Assembly: GCA_964016885.1 (NCBI GenBank)
Contig: OZ024740.1
Span: 173,228,001 to 173,292,000, forward strand
Length of the DNA: 64,000 nucleotides
Direction of reading: 5' to 3'
Source: Eledone cirrhosa
Taxonomy: Eukaryota
The notes beneath the pieces were generated by a model. The model made no database searches. It had not been told where the DNA came from and saw only the letters and a list, made by a program, of their open reading frames with translations. Positions 26,715-39,363 of this stretch are shown here, piece after piece (the stretch's first letter is position 1; every line of letters begins with the position of its first letter). Both the position numbers and the translations under genes were made by a program.

Positions 26715-29525
26715 AATATGTAGTTTAGAAAGCCACAACAATGCAGATGGGAAATCTCGAGGTAAGAAGTGAGTGAGAAATAGGAGAAAAGTGAAAATGA
26801 AAATGAAAACAAAACAAAGGTACAAGGGTTACCGTAGTGGAGATTTAATCCCAATATTTCGGGCTCACGCCCATCAACGGGGGAAAGTTCCAAAAGGGGG
26901 GGGGGGAACAGGCTAAACCGGAGAAAGTTGTATTGTCGTTAAAACTTAGGAATGCCGTTATGGGGAAAATTCAAACGAGGGAAAGAATGCGCGTGCGCGT
27001 GATAGGCTGTGGCAAAAGCTACTGACCAATTGGGTTAAATCAATAGGGTGCGCTAGCGTGTGAAAGCCGTAAAATATGTGTGTAAATATATATGTGTGTG
27101 TAACTGTGTGTGTATATGTGTATGTGTGTATGTATGTGAGTGTGTGTGTGTGAAAGATAGTGGGCCGTAGAATCTGGAAAACAAAGAGTGTGAAGGGTGG
27201 TAGGTTGTATAAACATGTGTGCGTGTATAAATATAGATGTGTGTGTGTATGTGTATGGGTATACATATAAGTGCGTGTGTGTGAAAGATAGTAGGCCGTA
27301 GGGGCTGTTACTGGTCACTATGGTTAAATTAGCCATGTCAGCTCATTTCTCTCAGCCCGGTTGTTAAGTGGGGGTCTGAGGTTCTTAATAACAAGTGCTT
27401 CCTTTATCCTTAAGGATCCGATACTGCGTTCAGTCGCTAGGACTGTGACCAAGGGTCTGCCCTGTGGGTTTCCGCATTTAAGGATGTGTTTACGGAAGGA
27501 AGATGCGTTGGTGTTGACATGTTCCTTGATACGAACATGTAGGGGTCGGATGGTGCTACCTATGTAGAACTTGTTACATTTATCGCATTGAATCTTATAT
27601 ACGACATAGGTGCGTAGGCAATCCGCCCCCCGTATCGGGCAGTTGCTGAGGGAACACGTCCCATCTGACTCGTCGGGTTTGTTGGAGAGGCATCTTCGGA
27701 GCGAAGGTCCTGTGTGGGCCAAATGTATGTCAAGTCCCTCCCTCCGTATGGCCCTACGGATGGCGTTCGAGGTATATTCACTCAGGTGGGGGATTTTAAA
27801 GAAGCACCTGCTTTTACCTAAGTTTCTAGTGGGTGTCTGTCTATTGGGTCTGGGGTCTCTAATTCCGTTAATCAGTCGCTTGGGATATCCATTAGACTTG
27901 AGTAGATTACGGAATTGCGTGGTATGGGTGAGACCACCCATCGGGTCGCTGCATCTATTAGTGATCCGTGTAAGTTCATTTAGGACATAGCCTCTCTTAG
28001 CGTTGTTGGGGAGGGCTGAGTTGTAATGCACAAATAAGTCCTTGCACGCTGCCTTGCGGTAGAAGGTGGTGTTTATGTCTCCTTCTTCCGAGATGTTGAT
28101 ACGGAAGTCGAGGAGGGCGAGTGACCCGTCTTCTCCAGGGTGTTCGATGGTGAAATCGACGTGATGGTCAGTGTCGTTGAAGATTTGGTGAATTTCATTC
28201 GCCATCTCCCGGGAAGAAGTGAGTATCAGTATGTCGTCGACGTATCTGGAGTAGAAGGCGACGGCGTTGGGTTGGCAGGTGTTGAGTGCCTTGCGTTCCA
28301 GGTGGTCCATGTACGAGATCGCAAGTATGCCGGACAGACTAGAGCCCAGAGAACTGTTTGTACGTGTGGCCGAGGAAATTGAAGAATGCATTATCCACAA
28401 CGAAGGAGAGGAGTTGGTGGATGTCCGTGTGTGTGAGTCCGAAGCAGTGTAAGTTAGATGCTCGGACTCGTTCGGTCAACAGGTCGACCGCTGGGGATGC
28501 TGGTACGGAGGTATAAAGGGCGACCACATCAAGACTGAAGGCATATCCGTTATCCTTTCTGGTGTTGGGCGCCAGATGGTGTAGTCGCTCCAAGACCTCC
28601 TTTGAGCTGCAGACGTGGGCTGGTAGTGTGTGTAGAATGGGTTTCAGTAGTGTGGAGAGCAGCCACGATATTTTGTAAAGTGGGCCCTCCACGCTAGAGA
28701 CAATGGGCCTGATTTTCAAATCGGGTCCTTGTTTATGTGTTTTCACCAGGTGGTAGAAGGTGGGTAGTTTGCTGTTTCGAGTCATTATGTTTCTTTTTTT
28801 TTGTTTTTTTTTTACCTTCTTTGGCAGTTTTCGTTGGACACAGATGTTAGTCCATATGGTGTTAATGCCTTCCTCGATTAGAGTCGAGGAGGTCCCTGTG
28901 ACTTTCAAGTAGAGGCTGTCGTCATTAAGATGTTGGAGAGCTAAGTTGTTGTAGGTCTCTCTCGAGATGACACAGAATTCTTTCCCCTTGTCGGAGGGAA
29001 GGTAAACAAGGTTCCTGGATCTTAGGTTGGTGAGAGTATTAAATTGTGCATTGGTGAGGTTGCGTTTATTGTGTGTGTGTGTGTGTGTTGGGAAAGGATG
29101 TTAGAGATAGAATGTTTCAACCTGAGTAGTTTAGTGTCAAGTTCGTGGTTGGTGGGTGGGGGTTGGAGTGGGTTGTCGAGGTGGTACGTGGGGAGTGTGG
29201 GGTGGGTTGTGGGGTTGTAATCGATCTCGGTGTTGTTTTGGATGGCGGTTAGCCATTTCAATTGATATGCTGTCCGACAGAAGTTGGTTTCGATGTCGAG
29301 TTTCAGTCTATCATCGAGACGCTGTGTAATGATGAACTTGGGTCCGAGGCGCAGGAGTTCGAGTTCGTCGTTGGTGAGGGTACTGGTTAGGTCGGTAACG
29401 AGGTGTGAAGCATCGTTGGTATGTAGATCGCTGTTGGGGGATGTAGCGGAGGGTGTTGTATCGCTGTTGCCCCTGGTGTGGTTGTAGTCGGTCCGTCTGT
29501 GGGAGCGGATGTTGTCATTGTAGTA
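26715..29525 (-). mobile_element. Penelope-like retroelement (RT and GIY-YIG endonuclease), frameshifted and 5'-truncated; 3' region has a degenerate HHR (~26850-26885) and ends at (TA)n
   Basis: KTHK..IRPIVS, FSLDVVALYTSVP, YSRYVDDILI, FYRK, VVYKIQCDKCNKFYIGST.RPLHVRIKEH. Confidence 0.9.
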
Positions 29526-30248
29526 TTTGTTTACAGTCCATTCGTATTTCCGTATAAGGCGCTGTTTATCGTATTTGACTCTCTATTACCCGTACCACAA
29601 ACATAACGAGTCCCTTAGATATATTAATGTTAATTCTAACCACCCCCAAAACATCACTGATAACTTAGTAAAAAGCGTCTCTATTAGAATCTCTGGCCTC
29701 TCTGCCAATGAAGATATTTTTAACGCCTCTGCCTCCTACTACGATGACGCCCTCGCCCGCAGCGGATTTAAAGAAAAGATAACCTACCTAGAAACCACTG
29801 CAAAACTGCAGAAGAGGAATAGGCATAGGCAGAATAGCTGGTACAACCCTCCCTTCAATAGAGAGGTCTCTACACCTATAGCTAGGACTTTCTTCACTTT
29901 GCTGAACATACACGTCCCCATACAACACAGGTACTACACCATCTTTAATAAGAACACAATAAGACTCTCCTATTCCACCACACCTAACCTTGCTAGGAAT
30001 ATAGCCAATCACATTTCTAAAAAATTAAATAAGCCAACCACCTCCGAACCCAATCCCCGGACTGGGGCCTTGTGTAATTGCCTAAATAAGGAAGCCTGCC
30101 CACTTGAAAACAAATACCTGACAAACGATATCGTATACAAATGCGATGTCATCTCAGGAAAAAGACTTACATCGGCATGACTTCCAATAACTTTAAGACC
30201 CGTTGGTATGCCCATACCAACTCCTTCAGAAGACCGGACAAATCAAAC
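29526..30248 (+). mobile_element. Penelope-like fragment of a different lineage (RT thumb, linker, start of GIY-YIG)
   Basis: YINVNSNHP, WYNPPF, IRLSYSTTPN, CNC..CPL..IVYKC in ORF 29527-30180. Confidence 0.8.
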
Positions 30249-31049
30249 TATATATATATATATATATAAATTCATAGGGATATATATGTATACATTTAGA
30301 CGGACTAAGGAGAAGAAAAATTTGATATATTTTATCTGACTGTTCTTCAAACTTACAATTTTATATATATATATAGAGAGAGAGAGACGGACCCCTAGTG
30401 AAACATAAGTAATATATAATTAAATATGTATATAAAGCAATATTGATTCTTTGTTCCCTTATATATTAATACTATGTATATATATATTTAAATATATATT
30501 GTTATACTTTGGGAAGGTCATGCTGCTAATAAAAACACACTCACCCGTTGGTTTTCACTTCAATCTATATACTACTAAAACTCTGTGATTGTGTGCTTGA
30601 CTATTATTTAATACAGCTAAAACGGCGCATAATGGGAAAATAGCCTGAAATGGGAATACAAATGGAATAAAATAAGTTTCGCGTAATTCGGAGCACGGGT
30701 CCCGAGATACGGGTTTTTTCCTGGTATCTTCATAAATAGAGAGAGAGAGAGAAAGATAGAGAGAAAGAGATAGTGGTTGTGAGAGAGTAGATTGAAAGAG
30801 AGAGAGAGAGAGAGAGGGGGGACACATAGACAGAAGGAAAATGGAAGAGAGCGAGAGAGAGCTGATGGTGTTGTTGAAGGAAATTGTTGAAACTGAATAT
30901 TAAGTCATATGTGTCATATAACGTTTGTTAGGACCTGTGTATACGAGTCACAGACACCTACACATATAAACACACATATACACATATTTTAATTATTTAA
31001 AAATTATTTTTAAGTGAACATGATTTTAAAAATTTATTTTAAAGTTAAC

Positions 31050-31078
31050 GTGACCCCACGGGTCACAAGTGGTCTAGT
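31050..31078 (+). mobile_element. Possible Helitron 3' terminus
   Basis: Hairpin gtgaccc-cac-gggtcac followed 7 nt later by CTAG and then T. Confidence 0.5.
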
Positions 31079-31579
31079 TCTTTATAAATTTACGGTTGGT
31101 TGGTCAATACCGAATGGTTGTTTATATATTGTCAAAGCTCTTTCGTCACACATTCTGTGACAAATCAAATAGTATCGAACTAGACAAACTGAGTTTGTGC
31201 TAGTACGTTGAACTTGCTCGATGATTTCACGGGACTTGCATTTCCTAAGTGCCAGTCCGTGATTCAGAGCGCACACACTTAGTTATCAGTCGTAAGTTTG
31301 GGATTATGTGCGGGTATTAAACAATTCAGCCCGGACCAAACGAAACCGTTAGTTTCTACTCAGTGTCCTATACACTGCGGCGCAATAATTGCACCCAGTA
31401 CGCAGAGTCCGTGCATTAAATTGAGAATTCTCTGAAAAGAATGGACGCGGCCAGAATCAACACAGAATTTCGTCAACGAATAACGATCCTTTGTGTTATA
31501 TCGCTAAGATCTACTAGTGATGCAGTAGCAGTTCTTGCCTGCCACTGACATCACGTGGTTACATATATAAATATATATA

Positions 31580-31718
31580 TGAAAAGATTCAAAACCCCGA
31601 CGGCTGAGCTCCGGCCGTTTCGACAGTTAGACCGAACTCATATTACCCACTCTACTACCCTAAGTATCGAGTACTCTGCGTTATGGTCCATCTGGTTTCT
31701 TACCACACTTTCTTTGCT
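31580..31718 (+). repeat. Family A element lacking one hairpin arm
   Basis: accccgacggctgagctccggccgtttcgac joined directly to tail tattacccactctactaccctaagtatcgagtac. Confidence 0.8.
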
Positions 31719-31823
31719 ATATATATATATAATATATATATATATGTGTGTGTGTTTGTGTGTGTGTCTGCGTGTGCATGTGTGTGTGTGTCTATGTGTG
31801 TGTGTGTGTATATATATATATAT

Positions 31824-31880
<57 letters not shown>

Positions 31881-31885
<5 letters not shown>

Positions 31886-32032
31886 GTAGAACACTGGAAG
31901 GTAATATCCGTAGTGGTAGAGTACTCAGTCCATGGGATGAGTTAGGTAGAAGTGGTTACACAACAGTTAGTTCACCATACCAAGAACAATTATTCTCGGT
32001 ATGGTGAACTAACTGTTGTGTAACCACTTCTA
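31881..32032 (-). repeat. Family B element, palindromic form (palindrome 31947-32032)
   Basis: 43 bp arms centred on aacaattatt; tail shared with 37165-37260 and 62413-62478. Confidence 0.88.
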
Positions 32033-32055
32033 TATATATATATATATTTACAGAT

Positions 32056-32123
<68 letters not shown>

Positions 32124-32126
<3 letters not shown>

Positions 32127-32509
32127 TATAAAGTATGTCCATAGATCATTTGATAATATATATACACCATTTCCTCTCCCAATTAGCATAATCAACCACA
32201 CAAAAAAACAATTAAACCAGGCTATAAGATTAAAAGGCACCTATGAAGAAATAATAGATACATAGACGACAGCCATCTATTCGCTATCAACAGCTATAGA
32301 ATATTTACCCAACATTTCAATAGCACGTGGAAATCGATTAAATATACCGTCAACCATACACAATTAGGTATAAAATTAAAGTTAGAAGTAAAAATGTATA
32401 TAAACATACCAGGATTACGTTTCTACCCTTTAGGGTTTCGTTCGCTTTCGGAAATATCCTATCAAGGATAAATTCTCGAGCTTCGAACTCATCAGGAAAC
32501 AAACTCACT
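32124..32509 (-). mobile_element. Family C retrozyme-like element, partial copy beginning just upstream of its HHR
   Basis: Reverse complement closely matches 61887-62272. Confidence 0.85.
32419..32500 (-). ncRNA. Type I hammerhead ribozyme (family C)
   Basis: Minus strand: gtttc CTGATGA gttcg...cgaac GAAA ccctaaaggg TA gaaac. Confidence 0.88.
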
Positions 32510-32611
32510 GTCTCTGTAGTTGTTCCTTTCTAGAACAATTAATGATAATAACACTACGCCAAACATTGGGTATGGGACGGTCATGTTTTACCTGATTGAT
32601 TATACATTATT

Positions 32612-32790
32612 TTGGCAGTATCGGTAGAGAGTCGGACGCCATGCTTTGACGCATAGAGTTACGGCCCTTGCCATTCTGAGTTCAAATCCCGCCGAGGTTA
32701 ACTTTGCCTTTCATCCTTATGGGGTCGATAAAATAAAGTACCAGTAATACACTGGTTAATTGCTGGCCTTGTGCCAAAAGTAGAAACAAT
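32612..32790 (+). mobile_element. SINE (short-tail subfamily)
   Basis: tggcagtatcggtagagag...gagttcaaatcccgccgagg...gtagaaacaat. Confidence 0.9.
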
Positions 32791-32970
32791 TATTTGTATA
32801 TATATATATATATAATTGTTAGTTAGGTGTATTGTAACAAGGGGTCGGGCCCCAGGCATTATGATTTGTATCCTAAGCCGATCGTTATCAAAACAATTGT
32901 AATATTCAAATAAAGTTTGTACGGATGCTACAACACTGACTCCGACTATACTTTCTCTCTCTCACCCCAC

Positions 32971-33038
<68 letters not shown>

Positions 33039-33089
33039 ATGTGTGTGTGTGTAGTTATATTTGCGGAGGGTCATATTGTTATAATATTG

Positions 33090-33305
33090 TTTCTTATATA
33101 GGCACAAGGCCAGCAATTTGGGGGGAGGGGAAAGTTGATAAAATCGACCCCAGTGTGTGACTGGTACTTTATTTTATCGACCCCGTAAGGATGAAAGGCA
33201 AAGTTAACCTCGGCGGGATTTGAACTCAGATCATAAAGGACCGTAACTCCATGCTGCAAAGCTTGGCGTCCGGCCCTCTACCGACACTGCCAATCCACCG
33301 CCCTC
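33090..33305 (-). mobile_element. Full-length SINE with 18 bp TSD
   Basis: catattgttataatattg at 33072 and 33306. Confidence 0.92.
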
Positions 33306-33546
33306 CATATTGTTATAATATTGCCAGAAATAATAATAGAACACACTCACTGTTTGGTTTGGATTGGTTTTCGCTTCTGTATCTTTTATATCTCCATAGT
33401 TAATTTATCTGTCAATCAATGTTTTTTATTGATTGACCAAACAGTGTGTATTTTCTATTATTGTTTCTGGCAATATTATAATAATATAACCCTCCCCAAA
33501 TATACAATATTTGTATACACACGATTTCATATCAAAAACCTTGCAA

Positions 33547-33659
<113 letters not shown>

Positions 33660-33703
33660 AAGATTAATAAAACAGACATCATAAAAGGTAATTTATTCCG
33701 AGG

Positions 33704-33821
33704 GCTTACAAATGTTTCTTTAGTAGTTACACAGCCTAGTCATGCTATATGCAAATTGGTAGTTATTAATTTGCAGATACTCAATTTTCAAATGCTATTC
33801 GTACCACCAAATCTTCAGAAC
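33704..33821 (-). ncRNA. Type I hammerhead with long stem II
   Basis: Minus strand: gtt CTGAAGA tttggtggt...actactaaa GAAA catttg TA agc. Confidence 0.65.
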
Positions 33822-34000
33822 GAATGTTTTATTAATCATTCCTTATCTACACTCGGAATATAGAAGAATCGGAAACCAAATTTTTTTAACTGTTCTTTTG
33901 TAACTCGTTGAGTAACCCCTCACCGTACGTCGACTCTATCTAGTGTAGTAATCAACCATTACTGCATTCAGGATAATCCTAAGCATTTCTTGCATAACCT

Positions 34001-34064
<64 letters not shown>

Positions 34065-34211
34065 TTTGAGTATATGTTGGTTGTATACCAACACCTAGGT
34101 ATGCAGATTGGAGCACTCGACGAAGTGCGCAGGTTGGTTTGGTTACTCCGGAGTAATGTAAAATAAAATAAAATAAATAAGTCAAATGTTTAAAATTTGG
34201 CTTCGTTTATT

Positions 34212-34266
34212 ACTGCTATATATATTTCGGTGACAGCCATCTTTGGCTGTGACCTCTTCAGGCAGT
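34212..34266 (-). ncRNA. Type I hammerhead ribozyme (family D)
   Basis: Minus strand: actgc CTGAAGA ggtcacagcca aaga tggctgtcacc GAAA tatata TA gcagt. Confidence 0.88.
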
Positions 34267-34404
34267 CCGAATTAGTGTGGTAGAGACGAGTACACATGTT
34301 GTTGAGGTGTATAACTTTGTCATTACTCTGATATGCCCAGTTCCTGGTTAGGTTGTTATTTCACTGAGGAACTGGAATCATATCTATCTCTCTATATATA
34401 TATA

Positions 34405-35115
34405 TGGAAGAGGAATTGGTATATATTTTATCTAATAATTCTAAGGACATGATTTATGATATATTGCTCTGATTATTTAATTTATTAATTCTTCATAGAG
34501 CTTAAAAGTGACCGGTTTCAACATATATATCTATAACTTTATGTATATGTAAACCTTTATATTTAATAATCTCCCGTTAGGTTGAGATTCTATTTGGCGA
34601 TATTTGGCTGCGCTTTCTAGCAACAAGCCTACCCGCCGTAAGCAACCAATCACATTCTTTCTAGCTTGACCTCAGCCACATAGCGATTCTTAGCCATTTT
34701 TTAATCTAATTTTGGCGCGATCAGGTTGGAGAACTAGATGTCTGATTTTGAGTTTGTCTCCTGATGAATCCTAACTCAAGACATTCCTATTAATTGGATG
34801 TCTAAAAATACGGATGAAACCATGGTAGAGATATAATTACGGTATGTACACATTTCTTCTAAGTTTAATTTTACACCTAATTGTGTATGGTTGATGATAT
34901 ATTTAGTCAGTTTCTACATGCTGTCGAAATGTTGGATAAATACTCTATTGGGGCCACCGCGAAGAGGCCACTTTCGGTTATTTGTCGGAGATTTCTTCAT
35001 AAGAGCCTTTCTTCTTATAGCTTGGTCTAATTGATTTTTTATATGGTTAATTATGCTAATTGGAAGAGGAATTGGTATATATTTTATCTAATAATTCTAA
35101 GGACATGATTTATGA
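34405..35115 (+). mobile_element. Family C retrozyme-like element (656 bp unit plus ~55 bp terminal redundancy)
   Basis: tggaagaggaattggtatatattttatctaataattctaaggacatgatttatga at 34405 and 35061; TA tracts on both sides. Confidence 0.85.
34757..34831 (+). ncRNA. Type I hammerhead ribozyme (family C)
   Basis: tctc CTGATGA atcc...ggat GAAA ccatgg TA gaga. Confidence 0.88.
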
Positions 35116-35116
35116 C

Positions 35117-35245
<129 letters not shown>

Positions 35246-35323
35246 CATACATACATACATACATACATACATACATACATACATACATACATACATACAT
35301 ACATACATACATACATACATACA

Positions 35324-35355
<32 letters not shown>

Positions 35356-36460
35356 CGTGTGTGTGTCTGTTAAACAATATACATTTAAACATACCAAGTA
35401 AATGTAATACTTCAGTTTAAGTTTCCATTTGAAAAAATTAGCCATGTTTATATTACATTACATTTACTACAGAATTGTCTCAATCAAAATGGAAGTACCC
35501 ATTGTGAAACGATGCTGTCTTCGTGAGCGATGGATTTGATCCGACCACTAGTAATCATGTAAACGTTCCCTTATCAACGGTTGACATGCGATGTAACTGG
35601 AGTTTAGCAATTACGGTTTATACAGTTTGAGGTATATTTATATATAGAAATATATATATATGTATGTGTGCGTGTGTGTATGTGTGTATGTGTGCATGAT
35701 ACTCTCCTCAATAGATTTTCTTTCACACTATCAAACGACTATCATGAAGCTGACCTTTATGGCCCCGTAGATAAGTTCCCATTGTGAATCGGCTTTTGAG
35801 TCCGAGATTTTGACATGTCGAACGGCCATCTGCTTATTCTTGTATCCCGGTGACAAAAGAATGGAATACTGATAAATAGTCCTATCCCATAGTCATCCAC
35901 AACAGTTGCAGAGTTCATACCAAGTAGCTAAGAAGTAGTGGTCAACTGTCTCACACACTGTCGCCCCCCACCTCTCTCTTTCTTTCTTTTGGTCTCTCTC
36001 ACTGCCAGGCCAGCGAAATCCATCTTATTAACAGATGTTTGGTAAATACATTTTTAATACTGCCTTTGCAAGCTAACATGCATACACATCATACCTGATA
36101 CATAACATCACATTATTCAACTGTGGTTATTTGTTCTTCATGTATTGTCGTATAACTTCGACGAAAGTTATATTTGATAAATTAGTAACATAGCGACTTT
36201 GTGTTATTGTGATTCATATATTTCATTTTCTACGTGAGCAGAGTAAATCATTTACGCCAGGAACCATCACATCATCATCATCATCATAATGTACACTGTT
36301 ACGTACTTGTACATCCGGAATCTCTGGTCACCCTGTGTCAGTCACATTAATCTTGCTTCGGCTACACTTTACATAACAGTGACCACACCACTGAGCAATC
36401 CACAAGTGAGTACACACACAACCGAATCAACACCATTTATCCTAAATATAATATCATCCA

Positions 36461-36521
<61 letters not shown>

Positions 36522-36575
36522 TTAAAAAATAATGAATAAAACAATGAAACAGTTCCTTATATTAAACAAAAAAAG

Positions 36576-36729
36576 TTCATTATTTAACGATCGTTTCTAG
36601 GATATATATGTGTTAGAATTGGCATGCATATTCAACAGATCTATGTACAAAATTATACAAAATTATACAAACTATCAAAATTAAATATACATACCAACAC
36701 ATATATATGCCGTCTTCAGAAATAATGAA
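36576..36729 (-). ncRNA. Type I hammerhead with 10 bp stem I and very long stem II
   Basis: Minus strand: ttcattattt CTGAAGA cggcatatatatgtgtt...aacacatatatatccta GAAA cgatcg TT aaataatgaa. Confidence 0.75.
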
Positions 36730-36845
36730 ATATATTTATTGATAATAACAACAATTCAAAATTACAGGTCTGTTTGGGAACAGAGTTCAAATTGACCAAT
36801 GAAAACACAAAAAGTTTATACAGTTAGGTGTGTGTATATATTATC

Positions 36846-36934
<89 letters not shown>

Positions 36935-37108
36935 AGATAATATATACACACACCTAACTGTATAAACTTTTTGTGTTTTCATTGGTCAATTTGAACTCTG
37001 TTCCCAAACAGACCTGTAATTTTGAATTGTTGTTATTATCAATAAATATATTTCATTATTTCTGAAGACGGCATATATATGTGTTGGTATGTATATTTAA
37101 TTTTGATA
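36673..37108. repeat. Near-perfect ~177 bp inverted repeat around a (TA)n tract
   Basis: 36673-36849 is the reverse complement of 36932-37108. Confidence 0.92.
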
Positions 37109-37124
37109 AGCGGATCTGCAGAAT

Positions 37125-37165
37125 CCGAGCTGAAGATCCGCTAAAGGTGAAACAATTGTTCTCGG
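37125..37165 (+). ncRNA. Minimal type I hammerhead at the head of an intact family B element (37109-37262)
   Basis: ccgag CTGAAGA tccgctaaaggt GAAA caattg TT ctcgg. Confidence 0.8.
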
Positions 37166-37813
37166 TATGGTGAACTAACTGTTGTGTTACTACTTCTACC
37201 AAACTCGTCCCATGGACTGAGTGCTCTACCACTACGGATATTACCTTCCAGTGTTCTACCTTTATATATATATGCAGTGCCGGATTTACCATTCTGCTTA
37301 GTTGTGCTTAAGCATAGAACCCCGTTAACTAGGGAGGTGGGGGGCATCTTCTTGCCAAAAAAATGTTTTACCTCTTTCAGGGCCCAAGTATCATAAATCT
37401 AGCACTATATATATCCCAAACAAGATAAGTAGAGTATATATATATTGTACCATCTGGACATTCCATACTATTCGGAGTTTCGCGTTGTGCACTTTGCGTT
37501 GTTTGGTGAAATATGCAGGACGTTGAATTTCTTGTCATGACACAGGAAGTACCAGCTGTGCATGATAAATATTTAAGCAAATAAATAGAGAAATAAATAT
37601 GTGTGTGTGCGCGTACATATGTATATATGTATGTATATATATATATATATGTATGCATGTATATATATGGATGCGTGTGGGAGCGCACGCCTGTCTTTAT
37701 GTTTTTCTCATACACCTAGACAACCATATTATCACACATATACGCTGCACTCGCACGCTCACACCTCTTCTCAATCTGTCTATCGTATTTACCTACCTAT
37801 CTGTTTCTCTTCT

Positions 37814-38373
37814 GTGCTTAATAGCTATGGCGAAAGGTGTTTCTGTGCGTAATAGCCATGGCGAAAGGTGTTTCTGTGCGTAATAGCCATGGCGAAAGAG
37901 GTTGTATGGTGGACGCGTCTGAAAGGACTGAGGTCAGACACCTTTCTCTCTGGCCAACAACTGGTCCGTTTCTTCCGATATCATTTCGGAAGAAGGATCA
38001 GGATGGAGAGAGAGGTGCTGCACCCCAGCCGTTTTTTATGAAATATGGGTGAAAGTGGCGAGAATGGCCCGTGTGAATGGGCCTTCACTCTACATCAGAC
38101 TATAGGTGAGGGAGATCAAGGGAGCACCCCCTCTCTGTGCTCCTGAGGAGAAGGGTTGCACACTTTTTTTCGGGGGGGGGGGGGGTGCTCCCCCTCCCCC
38201 AAGGCGCATCCTCCCTATTGAGGATTTTGTTATTAAATTTATTTTTGTTATATTTTATTTTATTTTTATATCTTGTTATTGCCTCCTCCTTATTGAGGAC
38301 GCCTTTTTATGTAAACTCCCCCCATTGTACTTGTCCCACTTTTTGATGCCCTGGTGGCAAATAAAAAGAAAGT
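37814..38373 (+). mobile_element. Tx1-type 3' end fragment with 16 bp TSD and 31 bp tandem reiteration at the 5' junction
   Basis: Homologous to 18291-18750; TSD tatctgtttctcttct at 37798 and 38374. Confidence 0.85.
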
Positions 38374-38852
38374 TATCTGTTTCTCTTCTCTCTCTCTATT
38401 TCTCTCCCTTCCCCTCTCTCCCCCGTCTCTTCTCTCCTTTCCTCTCTCGCCTGTCAATTTATTGTTATACGGCTTTATAGTGTAATATGAAAAAAAAAAC
38501 TAATGCAGAATAAAACTTGAAAAAAAAACGAAAAGGAAAACAGCAAAATCAAAACAAAAAAGACACAAAACAAAGAAATTTATAGGAAAAAAAAAATGAA
38601 AAAAGAGAGAGTGATAACGAGACGAAGTGGATTGAATAGTCGTGGGGGTATTATGAGGGATAATGATGGGAAGTAATATAGTGAGTGGGAGAGCGAGAAA
38701 GAGAGAGTGACAGTGGAAACTTGACGGAGGATTGAATGTATTTTTTCTCTCTAAGTTAGTGGATGTATTGCCTATAAGTTTTCAACTTGTGTGTATTTTG
38801 TTTAACTTTTCACAAACACCACTTACACTAAAGTGTATTTATATATAGATAG

Positions 38853-38922
38853 ATTTCTTTATTAGCCACAAGGGCGCAACAAGAAAAGGGGACAATACAA
38901 AGACATGCCGGGGATTTTACAT
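38853..38922 (-). mobile_element. Tiny Tx1 3'-end insertion within (GATA)n
   Basis: tttctttattagccacaagggc...ggggacaatacaaa matches the 3' ends at 14240, 18291 and 53263. Confidence 0.7.
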
Positions 38923-38953
<31 letters not shown>

Positions 38954-39327
38954 TAGATGTGTGCGAGAATATATATGTGTGTGTGTGTGCGTGTATGTTA
39001 AACTAATATATATCTTCATTGTACTGTATCGTTTGCTGTGTTTTCTGTTTACCTTTCTCATACATATATACGTATATGTATATGTAAACACGATACAAAA
39101 ATGCAGTGGAGATTGTACACCTACGACATAAACGTAACATCTACACACATGCACACACACATTACTACACTGGGGCAAAAACATGCGCGGATGTACAGAC
39201 AAGACATTCATTTGTGAGTGAAACGCACTCACACACACACAAACAAACTCACACACATATATATATTTTTTATTAAGGCTAGTCAACTACATACGGATAT
39301 ATATATCTATATACGCACACCCGTGTG

Positions 39328-39363
<36 letters not shown>

